A stretch of DNA of 64,000 bases from Sandaracinaceae bacterium (GCA_044220955.1 JBGAQA010000006.1:67909-131908), one strand, 5' to 3'; shown: positions 26,533-37,436, numbered from the stretch's first letter. Translations and numbers: made by a program. The notes: generated from the letters alone by a model not told the origin.

Positions 26533-27963
26533 GTGAACGATTCGAAGAACGCACACGCACGCGCGCACGGGGTCCTCGCTCTCGCGCTGCTCGCTCTGAC
26601 GATGGTCGCGTCCAGCGCGCGGGCGCAGACCGCCGACTCGACGACCGGCAGCGCTCCGACGGACGGCACGGCCGCGACGCCGGACCCCGGTGCGGCGCCT
26701 GAAGGCGGCGCCGCCACGGACGGCGCCCCGGCGGACGCCGGGTCCGCCGACACGACCACTGCGACCACCACGACCACGACGGCGGCCAGCCCCCCGTCGG
26801 ACGCGTCTGCGCTCGGGGACGGCTCGGGCACGACGACGCCGACGACGACGACGACGGCACCTGACACGACCACGACCACGACCACGACGACGCCGACGAG
26901 CGGCAACCCGGACGAGGTCGCCGAAGAGATCCAGTCCGAGCGCGAGCCGCTCGCGTGGCGCAACAGCTACTTCAACTACTCGATCAACTCGTCGTTCTGC
27001 TCGTTCTCGCGCGACTGTCAGCTCTCCTACAACCCGACCGTCTACACGTTCCTGTCGCTCTCGCCGCGCTGGTACCTGGATCCGGCGACGTTCTTCTCGT
27101 TCTACCAGGCGTTCTACATCGAGCACACGGACGACGACGGCGCGACCTACCAGCACGAGTTCCAGCTCTTCGACACCCGCATCGCGCTCAACCACCGCGA
27201 GGCGCTCGGCGACAACTTCCTCGTCGTCGTCGGCGGCTCCCTCTGGCTCCCGACGTCCAAGGGCAGCCAGGCGCAGCAGCGCTACTTCCGCCTGGGTGGC
27301 TCGCTCAGCGCCACGTGGTCGCCGAACGTGGGCGGGTTCAACCTCTCGCTCCAGACGTCGTACGTGCGCTGGTTCGCCGGCAGCAACACCGCGCTCACCC
27401 AGTCGCCCTACGCGGGCAGCCCCGCCGGCCCGACGCTCGCGACGCCGACCGGCGACCAGTCGGCCAACCAGGCCAGCTCGACGACGGGCGAGGTCGACCG
27501 CATCAGCGCCGGCATCACGGCGAACTGGGCGCCCCTCGAGGGCTTCACGATCACGCTCCAGATCTTCTACTTCTGGATCCAGGGGTGGGGCCTCGGCAAC
27601 GCCGCCATCGCCGCGAACACCGTGACGGGGTCGTCCATCCTGGTCGGTGACACGTCGCCGACGCACTGGCGGGCCTTCGACTCGTACGCGATCTACTTCC
27701 AGTACGACTTCGTGCCGTGGTTCCAGGGCTGGATCGGTTTCGCGAACTCGACCCAGCTCGCCTCGGTCATCAGCGAGGACGGCAGCGTCCGCTCGCCGGT
27801 CAACCTCTACGACATGCAGGTCTCGCTCGGCGCGACCATCACGCTCGACTCGCTCTACGAGTCGTTCGCGGTGTCCGGCGAGGACGACGGCCTGACGCCC
27901 GAGCAGCGGCAGCGCCGCCGCCAGGGTCTCGCACAGCGCTCGTCCAGCGGAGGCTCGCTGTGA
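26533..27963 (+). CDS. probable outer-membrane beta-barrel protein with Thr-rich N-terminal linker
   Basis: GGAGAAG RBS and GTG; Sec signal (ARA|Q); T/D/P-rich linker; many amphipathic aromatic strands (FLSLSPRWY, FNLSLQTSYVRWF, FTITLQIFYFW, YAIYFQYDF, VSLGATITL). Confidence 0.65.
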   Translation: MNDSKNAHARAHGVLALALLALTMVASSARAQTADSTTGSAPTDGTAATPDPGAAPEGGAATDGAPADAGSADTTTATTTTTTAASPPSDASALGDGSGTTTPTTTTTAPDTTTTTTTTTPTSGNPDEVAEEIQSEREPLAWRNSYFNYSINSSFCSFSRDCQLSYNPTVYTFLSLSPRWYLDPATFFSFYQAFYIEHTDDDGATYQHEFQLFDTRIALNHREALGDNFLVVVGGSLWLPTSKGSQAQQRYFRLGGSLSATWSPNVGGFNLSLQTSYVRWFAGSNTALTQSPYAGSPAGPTLATPTGDQSANQASSTTGEVDRISAGITANWAPLEGFTITLQIFYFWIQGWGLGNAAIAANTVTGSSILVGDTSPTHWRAFDSYAIYFQYDFVPWFQGWIGFANSTQLASVISEDGSVRSPVNLYDMQVSLGATITLDSLYESFAVSGEDDGLTPEQRQRRRQGLAQRSSSGGSL

Positions 27964-28043
27964 GCGCCAACCACCCCGTGAAGACAATCGAGACGACGAT
28001 GATGAACAACGCAGTCGACAGTGGTCGTGTGGAGGCCAAGACG

Positions 28044-31000
28044 ATGGCAAGCCTTCGGTGGGGTTACGTTCTCTCGCTCCTGGCGGTGCTCGGCTCGGGC
28101 GCGGCCTTCGGGGGCTGCGGCGACGCTCAGCCCGCGATCAACCAGGTCGGCACGAACGTGCTCGAGAAGAGCGCGCTCTCGGGCTCCTGGTACATGACCG
28201 AGCAGACCATCGACTTCGACTACGAGGCCGCCGGCCTCGGGTTCGTCGGCGAGATCTCGTCGGACGGCACCGGCGGCGGCATGGCCCGCATTCGCTGGGT
28301 CATCGACGAGGAGATGCTGTACGCGTACCGCGACTACCTCGCCACCGAGGACGCGCAGGACCCGACCGGGGATCCGACGGCGGCGCAGGGCTGGACGTCG
28401 TTCCTCGGCCAGCCGGTCGCCGCGTACCGCATCCAGAGCCACTTCGACATCCGCCGGCAGTACAACACGCTCACCGGCGAAGAGCAGAACGTCATCGTCG
28501 AGAACACGACGGACCGCCGCTGGTGGGAGCGCCGCTTCATGCGCGTCGACTTCTCGCGCAACATGATCGCGGCCTGGTACGGCACGTCCAACGACGTCTC
28601 GGAGCTCTTCGGCCAGGTCCGCCGCGAGCCCGCGGACATCATGATCCAGGGCAACTCGGACTTCCCCGCCGAGTGGCGCCCGCAGTTCATCCGCATGGGC
28701 TGTACGTCGCCGACCGACACGAACTGCAGCGCTGGCGATCAGCTCTTCGCGTCCGACTACGCGCACGGCGATCTCTACAGCATGAGCTTCGTGACGCAGC
28801 AGCTTCTCTCCCCGGGCTCGGTCTTCTACCCGGGCTACGGCGTCGTCCCCTACTGCGGCGAGGCAAACCAAGGCCTGCCCGAGTGCGCGAGCGTGGTGGT
28901 GGCGGTCCGCACGAGCTTCCTGCGCGTCAGCCCGACCCGTCAGTACGATCGGATGCAGTTCGCCGACGACCTCTTCGATCGCGCGGGCTACTTCCGGCTC
29001 GAGCGCAACACCTTCGATCACTCGGTCGCGGTCGACGGGCCGAACGGCCACACGGACGCGGGTGACATCGCGTGGGGTGAGACCGACTTCCGCAATTACG
29101 GCGCGTACCGCTTCAACATCTGGCGCGAGTGGCGGGACCCCGCGACCGGCGCCGCCATCCCGTACTCGGCCCGCACGGTCCGTCCGATCCACTGGTTCAC
29201 GAGCCGCGAGCTCCCCGCGCACCTCGTGATGCCGGCCTTCCAGTCGGTCAGCGAGTGGAACTCGGTGCTCATGGGCGTGATTCGGCAGCGCCGTGGCCAG
29301 GCGCTGCCGACCTACGGTCGCATGGACTGCCAGGACCAGGACCCGGCGGGCTACTGCTTCTGCCAGCAGGATCCGGCCGATCCGTCGCGCATCCTCAACC
29401 CGACCTGCGCGGGCCGCTACGACCCCTTCGCGCGTCCGGACATGGCGCAGAGCCACTACGACTGCTGGGTTGGTTTCGGCGCTCCCGGCTCGGAGCAGAC
29501 CCTCGGCGAGCTGATGTCGGACGCCGACACCGCGAACAACCCGGAGCCTGACTGGAACGACCCCGGGATCAGCCGTGCCTCGTTCAACCGATGGTTCGGC
29601 GCGCACATGGTCGGCACCGAGTGTGCGGACATCCTGTCGGTCAACGGCTGCAACCTCGGCGCCGTCGCGGCGAACGGCGGCACCACCGAGGGGCTCGACT
29701 GCCAGGAGCGCGGCGACATCCGCTTCAGCCTCCTCAGCTTCGTCGACCAGCCGGGCACGCCCTTCCTCGGCGTCGCCCAGTTCCGCGCCGATCCGGTGAC
29801 GGGCGAGCTCTTCGGGGCGGATGCGAACATCGGCGGCCCGGCGCTCAACACGTACCGCACGCGCGCACTTCAGCAGTACGACCTCATCAACGGGCGCCTG
29901 AGCGATCAGGAGTTCTTCACGGGTGAGGACGTCCGCGCTTACCTCGAGGCCGCCAACCACGTCGATCTCCCGGCGCCGCCCCGCATCGACTTCAGCGTCG
30001 CAGGCATGGAGGGCTACGAGCCGCTCAACGGCGCCGCCGTCCAGTCCGAGCTCGAGTCCCGCATGAGCGAGTTCCAGGCGCGGGCCGAGCTCCTCCAGGG
30101 GCCCGAGGGTCGTGCTGCGATCTACGAGGATCGCCTCCACACGCTCGCCGGCGGTGACATCGAGGCTCGCCTGCTCGACAACGAGGAGGGCTTCGTGCTG
30201 GCCGGCATGAACATCCGCCCCGACGGCAACGTCGGCTCGCTGGGTCGCGAGTTCCTGGACCTCGCCTCGCCGTTCCGCGGCGACCTGGCGCGCACGATCG
30301 AGGACGCGCACGTGTCGAACTACCGCATCTCGGCGGCAGGCCTCCACATGCCCAACGCGTTCGTGGACGACTCGGTCATGTGGTACGTGAACCAGGCGCA
30401 GCTCGCGAGCTGGACGCGGGCGCACGTCGAGTTCGACATCGACCGCCGCCTGTATCGCCAGACCGAGGTCCACGAGATGGGCCACTGCCACGGCCTGCGC
30501 CACGACTACGGCGGCAGCGCGGACACGAACAACTACCCCGCCGAGTACTACCGCATCGCGGCCCAGTACCCGCTGCCGAACCCCACCACGTTCGACACGG
30601 ACGGCCACACGGGCTTCAACCTCACCGAGCAGCAGGCCTACCAGACGGCCTACACGAACGCGCGCCACCAGCGCGAGCTCGCGGGCATCGACGCGTGGAT
30701 GAGCTCGTCGGTCATGGACTACACGGGCGCGTGGTACGAGCGCATCACCGGCTCGGCCCAGCACGACTGGATGGCGATCGGCCTCGGCTACGGCAACCTC
30801 GTGGACCTCTACCACAACGCGCCGGGCGCCGATCACCAGCCGCTCGCGAACGTGAACCCGGCGACGGTCGCGCGTGAGTACGCGACCTACTACACGGGCG
30901 GCGGAAGCTGCGCGAGCGACACGGACTGTGCGTACTCGACGTCCGGCGAGCGCTCCGGCGATCTGACGGCCGCCAACACCGGCTCGGGCCTCACGCAGCA

Positions 31001-32543
31001 CTGCGTCACGAACCCGAACGTGCCGGCCCGGCGGGTCTGCTCGAACTTCGACGACGACGCCTCGGCGATGATGGCCACGCTCAACGACAGCTCGGAGTGG
31101 ATCCCGGTGTCGTACCGCTACTGCGAGGACTACCGCGGCGTGCTCCGCACGCTGCCCTGGTGCAACCAGTTCGACGAAGGTGACAGCTTCCGCGAGATGG
31201 TGCGCAACGCGCAGGAGGCGTACGACCGCTCGTACATCTTCGCCGCGTTCCGCCGCTACCGCCGAACCTTCGACACGGGCGCCTACATCCAGAACCTGCT
31301 GCGCTACTGGATGCCGCTCGTGAACATCGAGCAGAACCTGCTCTATCGCTACAGCCACGAGGGAGCGGCGTTCCGCGCGGAGACCGGGGCGTGGGGCTTC
31401 CAGGACGAGTTCCTGGCCACCGCCGACATCCTCAACTACTTCGCGCGCACGCTCTCGTCACCCGCCGTCGGTACGTACACGTACAACACGGGCTACGCGC
31501 GCTACATGCGCTGCCCGCCTGGCTCGGGGTGCAGCAACGACCCCAACGAGACGGGTAACCTGCACATCGACCTCGGCCAGGGACGCTTCTACTACTCCGT
31601 CTATCAAGCGGGTCTGACGGGCATCAACCGCATCGAGCGCATCGGCGTCTTCATCGACAAGATCATCACGATGCAGCTGATGACGATCCGTGGCCTCGCG
31701 CCGTACTACGGCGCGGACGCGGTCTTCTACACGAACCTCTACGACCTGTTCCCGAACGAGGTGAACCAGGTGTTCGGAGGCATGATCGGCGACCAGCCGG
31801 ACCAGTACATGCCGCGCGTGACGTGCTCCGCGTCGAGCGCGTTCCCGGTCTGCAACGATCCGCAGATGGTCTACATGAACATCTATCGTGGTGACTGTCG
31901 GACCGACGCGCCCGGCACGGGCAACTGCTTGCCCGACCCGATCACCGACACGTACAGCCACGCGACGCACCCGAACCTGTACGTCCTGGACGGCGGCGCT
32001 GGCGTGCTCCTCCAGAGCTACGCGGCGATCTTCGGCCTCACGGAGTTCCCGGTCTACTACGACACCACCTTCGCCTCGCAGACGTTCCTCTGCGTCGAGG
32101 GCCAGGGCGACTGCACCACGGCCACAGGTGGGGCGGGCGTCGACTATGCGCGCTACACCAGCTCGCGCCTCAGCCAGAGCTACCTCGCGTGGCAGGTCGA
32201 CCCGCAGGGCAGCACCATCCGGCAGCACTCGATCGCCTTCGAGATGGTCAACGAGGCGGCGACCGACTCGGTCATCTACCAGGCCCTGCAGGTCTACCGC
32301 GGCGACTTCGGTGGCCCCGGCGGGCCGTACAGCGCCAGCAACTTCGTGGGTCCGTTCGCCGGCCTTCCGGCGGAGCTCACGGCCCTCGGCTACACGATCC
32401 CCGGCGTGAGCGCGCAGGTCGACACCGAGATCGATCGGCTCTACGGCCGCATCATCGACCTCGAGTCGTTCTTCAACTACCTCATCCAGCTCGAGCGCGA
32501 CATCGGCATCGGGCCCTACATCTACACGCGGCCGGAGCTCTGA
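28044..32543 (+). CDS. giant Cys-rich lipoprotein, metzincin-type zinc metalloprotease
   Basis: GGAGG RBS; lipobox AFGGC; HEMGHCHGLRH (30471-30503) and Met-turn SSVMDY; ~1499 aa. Confidence 0.85.
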   Translation: MASLRWGYVLSLLAVLGSGAAFGGCGDAQPAINQVGTNVLEKSALSGSWYMTEQTIDFDYEAAGLGFVGEISSDGTGGGMARIRWVIDEEMLYAYRDYLATEDAQDPTGDPTAAQGWTSFLGQPVAAYRIQSHFDIRRQYNTLTGEEQNVIVENTTDRRWWERRFMRVDFSRNMIAAWYGTSNDVSELFGQVRREPADIMIQGNSDFPAEWRPQFIRMGCTSPTDTNCSAGDQLFASDYAHGDLYSMSFVTQQLLSPGSVFYPGYGVVPYCGEANQGLPECASVVVAVRTSFLRVSPTRQYDRMQFADDLFDRAGYFRLERNTFDHSVAVDGPNGHTDAGDIAWGETDFRNYGAYRFNIWREWRDPATGAAIPYSARTVRPIHWFTSRELPAHLVMPAFQSVSEWNSVLMGVIRQRRGQALPTYGRMDCQDQDPAGYCFCQQDPADPSRILNPTCAGRYDPFARPDMAQSHYDCWVGFGAPGSEQTLGELMSDADTANNPEPDWNDPGISRASFNRWFGAHMVGTECADILSVNGCNLGAVAANGGTTEGLDCQERGDIRFSLLSFVDQPGTPFLGVAQFRADPVTGELFGADANIGGPALNTYRTRALQQYDLINGRLSDQEFFTGEDVRAYLEAANHVDLPAPPRIDFSVAGMEGYEPLNGAAVQSELESRMSEFQARAELLQGPEGRAAIYEDRLHTLAGGDIEARLLDNEEGFVLAGMNIRPDGNVGSLGREFLDLASPFRGDLARTIEDAHVSNYRISAAGLHMPNAFVDDSVMWYVNQAQLASWTRAHVEFDIDRRLYRQTEVHEMGHCHGLRHDYGGSADTNNYPAEYYRIAAQYPLPNPTTFDTDGHTGFNLTEQQAYQTAYTNARHQRELAGIDAWMSSSVMDYTGAWYERITGSAQHDWMAIGLGYGNLVDLYHNAPGADHQPLANVNPATVAREYATYYTGGGSCASDTDCAYSTSGERSGDLTAANTGSGLTQHCVTNPNVPARRVCSNFDDDASAMMATLNDSSEWIPVSYRYCEDYRGVLRTLPWCNQFDEGDSFREMVRNAQEAYDRSYIFAAFRRYRRTFDTGAYIQNLLRYWMPLVNIEQNLLYRYSHEGAAFRAETGAWGFQDEFLATADILNYFARTLSSPAVGTYTYNTGYARYMRCPPGSGCSNDPNETGNLHIDLGQGRFYYSVYQAGLTGINRIERIGVFIDKIITMQLMTIRGLAPYYGADAVFYTNLYDLFPNEVNQVFGGMIGDQPDQYMPRVTCSASSAFPVCNDPQMVYMNIYRGDCRTDAPGTGNCLPDPITDTYSHATHPNLYVLDGGAGVLLQSYAAIFGLTEFPVYYDTTFASQTFLCVEGQGDCTTATGGAGVDYARYTSSRLSQSYLAWQVDPQGSTIRQHSIAFEMVNEAATDSVIYQALQVYRGDFGGPGGPYSASNFVGPFAGLPAELTALGYTIPGVSAQVDTEIDRLYGRIIDLESFFNYLIQLERDIGIGPYIYTRPEL

Positions 32544-32592
32544 GGTGACGACCATGACGACTCGGAACCGCGACCTCGAGGGCTCGACCACC

Positions 32593-35500
32593 ATGAACTC
32601 GACCATGATGAAGAAGCAAACGCTCGGACTCGCTCTCGTGCTCTCCGTCGCCGGCGCGCTCGCGCTCGGTGGCGCGGGATGCTCGGTGCTCCCCCAGGTC
32701 AACCGCGTCCAGACCAACCTCATCGACAAGAGCGTCTTCGAGGGTGACTGGTGGTACACGCGCACGGTCATCCAGCTCGACGACGACGCGGCCTACGCGA
32801 TCGGCGCTGCGGGCTCGGGCGCGCCGTGGGCGGGCGCGATGGCGAACTACGACATCGCCGCGCAGTCGGGCGTCATCGGGCGCATCCGCTGGGTGATCGA
32901 CGAGAACTTCCTTTACGCGTACCGCGCGACGGAGGTCATCCCGGGCTCGAACGCGGACGCGCACAGCGCGTCGTTCCGCGGCTCACCGCTCGCCGTCTAC
33001 CGGATCGAGGCGCACGTCGACGTCCGCCAGGAGTACAACCCCGGCACCGGCGAGCCCACCAACGTCATCTCCGAGAATTCCTCGGATCGGCGCTGGTACG
33101 ACCGCCGCTTCATCCGGGTCGACTGGTCGCAGAACCTCGTGACCTTCGGTCAGTTCGGCGACTCGCTCGAGATCGACGAGCTCTTCGGTACGTTCCGCCG
33201 CGAGTCGGCGCCGCTCGGCGTGGCCGACATCGGCAACAGCCACCAGAGCATGCTCAACGGCACGGCCGACCTGCCGGCCGAATGGGCTCCGCAGATCGTC
33301 CGAGTCGCCGACGACGCGAGCTACCGCTTCCGGAACGAGTGGCCGACGAACCTCCAGGACACCGTCCACTACATGTCCTTCGTCACGCAGGAGATCTGGA
33401 CCCCGGCGCAGTGCTTTGGCTCCGCCTGCGGCACCAGCATCGCGATCACGACGCGCGACGCGTTCCTCCGGATTCCACCGAACCACGAGTATGCGGTCGA
33501 GACGCTCGCGAACTCGGAGTACGACCGCTTCGGCATCATCCGGACCGAGCAGCGCACGTACCTGCGCGGCGGCCTCGATCGCTCGCAGCTCGCCGAGCAC
33601 TGCCGCGCGGACACCGACTGCTCGACGGGCCAGTGCGACGAGTCGCAGCACATCTGCGTCGGCGGCCTCACCGACGAGCTGGGCGAGACGGACTTCCTCA
33701 CGTACTACCGGCTCCGCCACAACTTCTACGCCAACTCGTTCCGCCACGACGCGGCTGGCGCGACCATCCCGTGCGTGTCGGACTGGCAGTGCTCGGGCCG
33801 CTTCGACGACAACGGGGACGGCATGTTCGACGGCGTCCCCGGCTCGCTCTGCGACCAGGCAGCTCACGTCTGCACGCTTCCGCTCGCGGATCGCGACGTG
33901 CGCGAGGTCGCCTACTACCTCTCGCCCGGCTACCCGCGCTACCTGCTGCGCAGCTCCTTCGAGCTCGTCGGGCAGTGGAACGAGGTCTTCATGCGCGGCA
34001 ACCGCGCGCTGAGCGGTCGCGCGGCGCCGACGGGCATGCCGGTGGCGTGTCAGGGCAACAACCCGACCGACTACTGCTTCTGCGGCAGCAACGGCGTGGT
34101 GGCCGGCGAGGTCGATCCGGCGACGCGCACCTGTCCGTTCCGCGTCGACTGGTTCGCGAGCGTCGCGGAGCAGACGGCCGCGGGCGTGACCGACCCCTAC
34201 AACTGCTGGATCGAGGGACCGGACGACGTGGCGCACCCCGAGGCGTTCGACTCGTACGACGCCAGCTGGACCGGCCTGCACTTCACGTCGGATCCCTCGA
34301 TGGACAGCGAGTGCATGCTCGTCCTGCACGTGAACAGCTGTGACGCCCATCCGGCGACCGCGACCGATCCGGGCCAGCCCTGCGAGCAGCTCGGCGACAT
34401 CCGGTACAACATGTTCAACTACGTCAGCGCGGCAGCCTCGGGCTTCTGCGGCGTCATGCAGCCGATGCAGGATCCGACGAACGGTGAGGCGATCGTGTCG
34501 CCCATCAACATGGGCGGACAGTGCCTGGACAACTTCGGTGTTCAGCCGCTCGAGTGGTGGCCGATCCTTCGTGGCGAGGTCCCGACGGACGACATCCTCA
34601 GCGGTGACGAGGTCCGGCGGTACTTCGCCGCCATCGGCTCGACGATCGGGCCGACGGGCATCGCGCCAGCCGCGGACCCGGGCTTCGATCCCCCCGACCC
34701 GAGCCGCCCCGCGCTGCCGGTCGACATGCACTCGTTCTTCATGGATCAGATCGCCGCGAACCTTCCGGGGGCGCGCCAGCTCCACGGCTCGGAGGGCCGC
34801 GCGATGCTGTTCAGCGACCGCATGGGCCGCGTCGCAGGCACCGAGCTCGAGCGCCGCTTCGCGGAGGCCTCGGCGAGCGAGGGCTTCCCGGCTCCGACCG
34901 AGGTGGAGCGCATGGCCGCGACCGCGCTCGATGGCCCGGGCGTCATCCCGCAGCGGATGGATCTCGACGACGCCGCGACGATGGCGCGCATGTCGCCGTT
35001 CCAGCCCAGCTTCCTCGACGGCACCCTCGACGACATCCGCCACGAGCGCGAGCTGATGAACCACGGCTCCTGCATGATGATGGAGCGGCCGGCGGTGGTG
35101 TACGCGTCGCAGTTCGGCGAGTACTGGGCGAACGCGTTCCGCGGCGTCTCGTTGCCCGAGGCACGCGTGCGCTGGGCGCAGGCGTGGCACCGGGCGGTCA
35201 TGCAGCACGAGCTCGGCCACGGCCTCGGGCTCGAGCACAACTTCGCCGCGACGCTCGACCGGAACAACTACCTTCCTGCCTACTACAACATCGCGCTCGC
35301 CGACCTGCGGAACAACCGTGACGGCTCGGCCGGGCCGGACGGCATCCCCGACCTCGTGCTGCCGCGACTCGAGGACTTCGACCTCGCGGCCAACGGCGGT
35401 AACCAGGACAACCAGATCACGGGCGACGAGCAGACGCGCTGGCTGCGCGCGATGCAGGACGTGCGTCACCGTCGCAACGCCGCCGGCATGGGGAACTACA

Positions 35501-37356
35501 CCACCGCGTCGACGATGGACTACCCGGGTGACCTCTCGGACATCATGGGCATCGGTCTCTACGACCGCGCCGCGGTGTACTTCAACTACTTCAACGAGAT
35601 CGAGGCCTACTCGAACCACTGCATGGACACGGACGGCGACGGCATGATCGAGGAAGCCGAGTGCCGTAACCCGGGCAACGTCGCCGCGACCTCGCCCTCC
35701 AACCCGAACTACCCGCAGACCTCGGCCGAGGGCATCCTCCGGTCGGACCAGTTCTCGCGCGACCTCATCCCGTGGTACCGCGGTGGTGACCACTGCTCGA
35801 CCGACTCGGAGTGCCCGTACTCCTCGGCCGGCGCGGGCAACGGGCAGACCATCACGCAGCGCTGCGTGACGAACCCGCGCTACTCGACCATCCCGCTCCC
35901 GTGCGGGACGGCCGGGTCGGACGCGACTCACTGCATCTGCTCCAACATCGACTCCGACTTCGTCGACTACGCGGACGGCAACGCCTACCGCGACCGGCGC
36001 TCGGGTCAGGAGATCTCGCCCGTCACCTATCTCTTCTGCTCGAACCCGCGCCTCAACGACATCTCGTGGTGCAACACGTTCGACGCGGGCGAGAACTTCC
36101 AGGAGGTGATCGCGAACTGGCGCTCCGAGCTCCAGAGCCGCTACCTGACGAGCTACTTCCGGCGGCATCGGCGCGGCTTCTATGCGGGGCCCCGCGCGAC
36201 GCGCTACATCCCGGACGCAGCGAAGATCTACCAGCACCTGCTCTTCCGCCTCATCTACGAGCCGCGCTTCACGACCAACAGCGGCCCGCTCGGCTTCGAC
36301 GATCAGTATGCCGCGTCGGTGGACGTCATGAACTGGTTCGCGGAGATCGCGACGACGCCGGAGCCCGGATCGTACGACTTCGACGCGACGATCGGCGACC
36401 ACGGCGCATACGTCCACATGGGTGAGGAGCCGGGCATGCCCGGGGCCGAGCTCTCGCTCGACGTCGGCCAGGGCTTCTACCACTGGTCCCGCTACCAGGA
36501 CGGCGCGCTCGGGTTCTTCCGGATGGAGCGCGTCGGAACCTTCTGGGACAAGCTCTACGCCCTCTACGCGCTCACCATCCGCGACTGGGGTCTGAGCTAC
36601 ACCATCGACGAGCGCTACTACATCAACTTCTTCTCGTTCTTCCCGGTGGAGATGACCGAGCTCTTCGGTGGCTTCATCCTGGACAACGACGACTGGTTCG
36701 CGCCGCGCGTCCGCATGGACCCGGTCGGCGGGACCTCGCACGTGCAGTACGTGAACTGGTTCCGCGCGCCGGACCTCTATGGCCGCGGCTGCAGCGACCC
36801 GACCACCGGCGTTCGCGGTCCGTGCCGGCGCGCGACCTCGGTCGCGTTCCCGAACCCCGTCATCCAGGGCGCGTCGGACGACATCCTCCGCTTCTACGCC
36901 ACGAGCTTCGCGCTCGCCGAGTTCCCGGTCTTCTACGACAACTCGTGGGAGCGCCGGCTCGACATCATCGCCCTCGGCGGCGGCGACACCATCACGATCC
37001 CCGACACCCAGCGTGACGGCACCCAGACGTGCGCGTACGGCACGAGCGTGCTGACGTCGCCCGGCCACGTGAACGGCTGCACGGCGGCCGACGCCGACTA
37101 CATCACCTACACGTCCGACCACCTGCACACGACCTACGTCGCGGTGAAGATCCGGTCGCGTGACACCTACAACCTGGAGGAGGAGCAGCTGGGCTTCCAG
37201 TACCTCCTCGGGCTGACCCAGGACCAAGAGCTGGTGCACACGCTGCCGGCCGGCGCCGAGCGCGACCGCGTGGCCCAACGTCTCCAGCGCAACGAGTCGT
37301 TCCTCTGGGTGCTCATCCAGCTCCAGCACGCGTACGGCATCAACTCGTACCTCTGA
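32593..37356 (+). CDS. giant Cys-rich lipoprotein, metzincin-type zinc metalloprotease (paralog)
   Basis: lipobox GGAGC; HELGHGLGLEH (35206-35238) and Met-turn ASTMDY; colinear motifs with the upstream gene; start uncertain within 32545-32608. Confidence 0.85.
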   Translation: MNSTMMKKQTLGLALVLSVAGALALGGAGCSVLPQVNRVQTNLIDKSVFEGDWWYTRTVIQLDDDAAYAIGAAGSGAPWAGAMANYDIAAQSGVIGRIRWVIDENFLYAYRATEVIPGSNADAHSASFRGSPLAVYRIEAHVDVRQEYNPGTGEPTNVISENSSDRRWYDRRFIRVDWSQNLVTFGQFGDSLEIDELFGTFRRESAPLGVADIGNSHQSMLNGTADLPAEWAPQIVRVADDASYRFRNEWPTNLQDTVHYMSFVTQEIWTPAQCFGSACGTSIAITTRDAFLRIPPNHEYAVETLANSEYDRFGIIRTEQRTYLRGGLDRSQLAEHCRADTDCSTGQCDESQHICVGGLTDELGETDFLTYYRLRHNFYANSFRHDAAGATIPCVSDWQCSGRFDDNGDGMFDGVPGSLCDQAAHVCTLPLADRDVREVAYYLSPGYPRYLLRSSFELVGQWNEVFMRGNRALSGRAAPTGMPVACQGNNPTDYCFCGSNGVVAGEVDPATRTCPFRVDWFASVAEQTAAGVTDPYNCWIEGPDDVAHPEAFDSYDASWTGLHFTSDPSMDSECMLVLHVNSCDAHPATATDPGQPCEQLGDIRYNMFNYVSAAASGFCGVMQPMQDPTNGEAIVSPINMGGQCLDNFGVQPLEWWPILRGEVPTDDILSGDEVRRYFAAIGSTIGPTGIAPAADPGFDPPDPSRPALPVDMHSFFMDQIAANLPGARQLHGSEGRAMLFSDRMGRVAGTELERRFAEASASEGFPAPTEVERMAATALDGPGVIPQRMDLDDAATMARMSPFQPSFLDGTLDDIRHERELMNHGSCMMMERPAVVYASQFGEYWANAFRGVSLPEARVRWAQAWHRAVMQHELGHGLGLEHNFAATLDRNNYLPAYYNIALADLRNNRDGSAGPDGIPDLVLPRLEDFDLAANGGNQDNQITGDEQTRWLRAMQDVRHRRNAAGMGNYTTASTMDYPGDLSDIMGIGLYDRAAVYFNYFNEIEAYSNHCMDTDGDGMIEEAECRNPGNVAATSPSNPNYPQTSAEGILRSDQFSRDLIPWYRGGDHCSTDSECPYSSAGAGNGQTITQRCVTNPRYSTIPLPCGTAGSDATHCICSNIDSDFVDYADGNAYRDRRSGQEISPVTYLFCSNPRLNDISWCNTFDAGENFQEVIANWRSELQSRYLTSYFRRHRRGFYAGPRATRYIPDAAKIYQHLLFRLIYEPRFTTNSGPLGFDDQYAASVDVMNWFAEIATTPEPGSYDFDATIGDHGAYVHMGEEPGMPGAELSLDVGQGFYHWSRYQDGALGFFRMERVGTFWDKLYALYALTIRDWGLSYTIDERYYINFFSFFPVEMTELFGGFILDNDDWFAPRVRMDPVGGTSHVQYVNWFRAPDLYGRGCSDPTTGVRGPCRRATSVAFPNPVIQGASDDILRFYATSFALAEFPVFYDNSWERRLDIIALGGGDTITIPDTQRDGTQTCAYGTSVLTSPGHVNGCTAADADYITYTSDHLHTTYVAVKIRSRDTYNLEEEQLGFQYLLGLTQDQELVHTLPAGAERDRVAQRLQRNESFLWVLIQLQHAYGINSYL

Positions 37357-37402
37357 CGCACCTGCACGGTCACGGCTCCGCCGGTGACCCCACCCAGTCG
37401 AG

Positions 37403-37436
37403 AGCCCCGATCCTCACGGATCGGGGCTTTCGGTTT
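37403..37436 (+). terminator. probable intrinsic terminator of the protease operon
   Basis: AGCCCCGATCC-TCAC-GGATCGGGGCT 11-bp stem followed by TTCGGTTT. Confidence 0.7.

Noticed and set aside
26750..26900. ACG/ACC-rich repeats as a non-coding repeat element
   Set aside because: They encode the poly-Thr linker of the barrel-like protein.
27855..37329. Very long antisense ORFs (1167 aa and 1448 aa) opposite the proteases, and similar shadows elsewhere
   Set aside because: These are expected stop-free shadows of strongly GC3-biased genes and carry no recognisable motifs.
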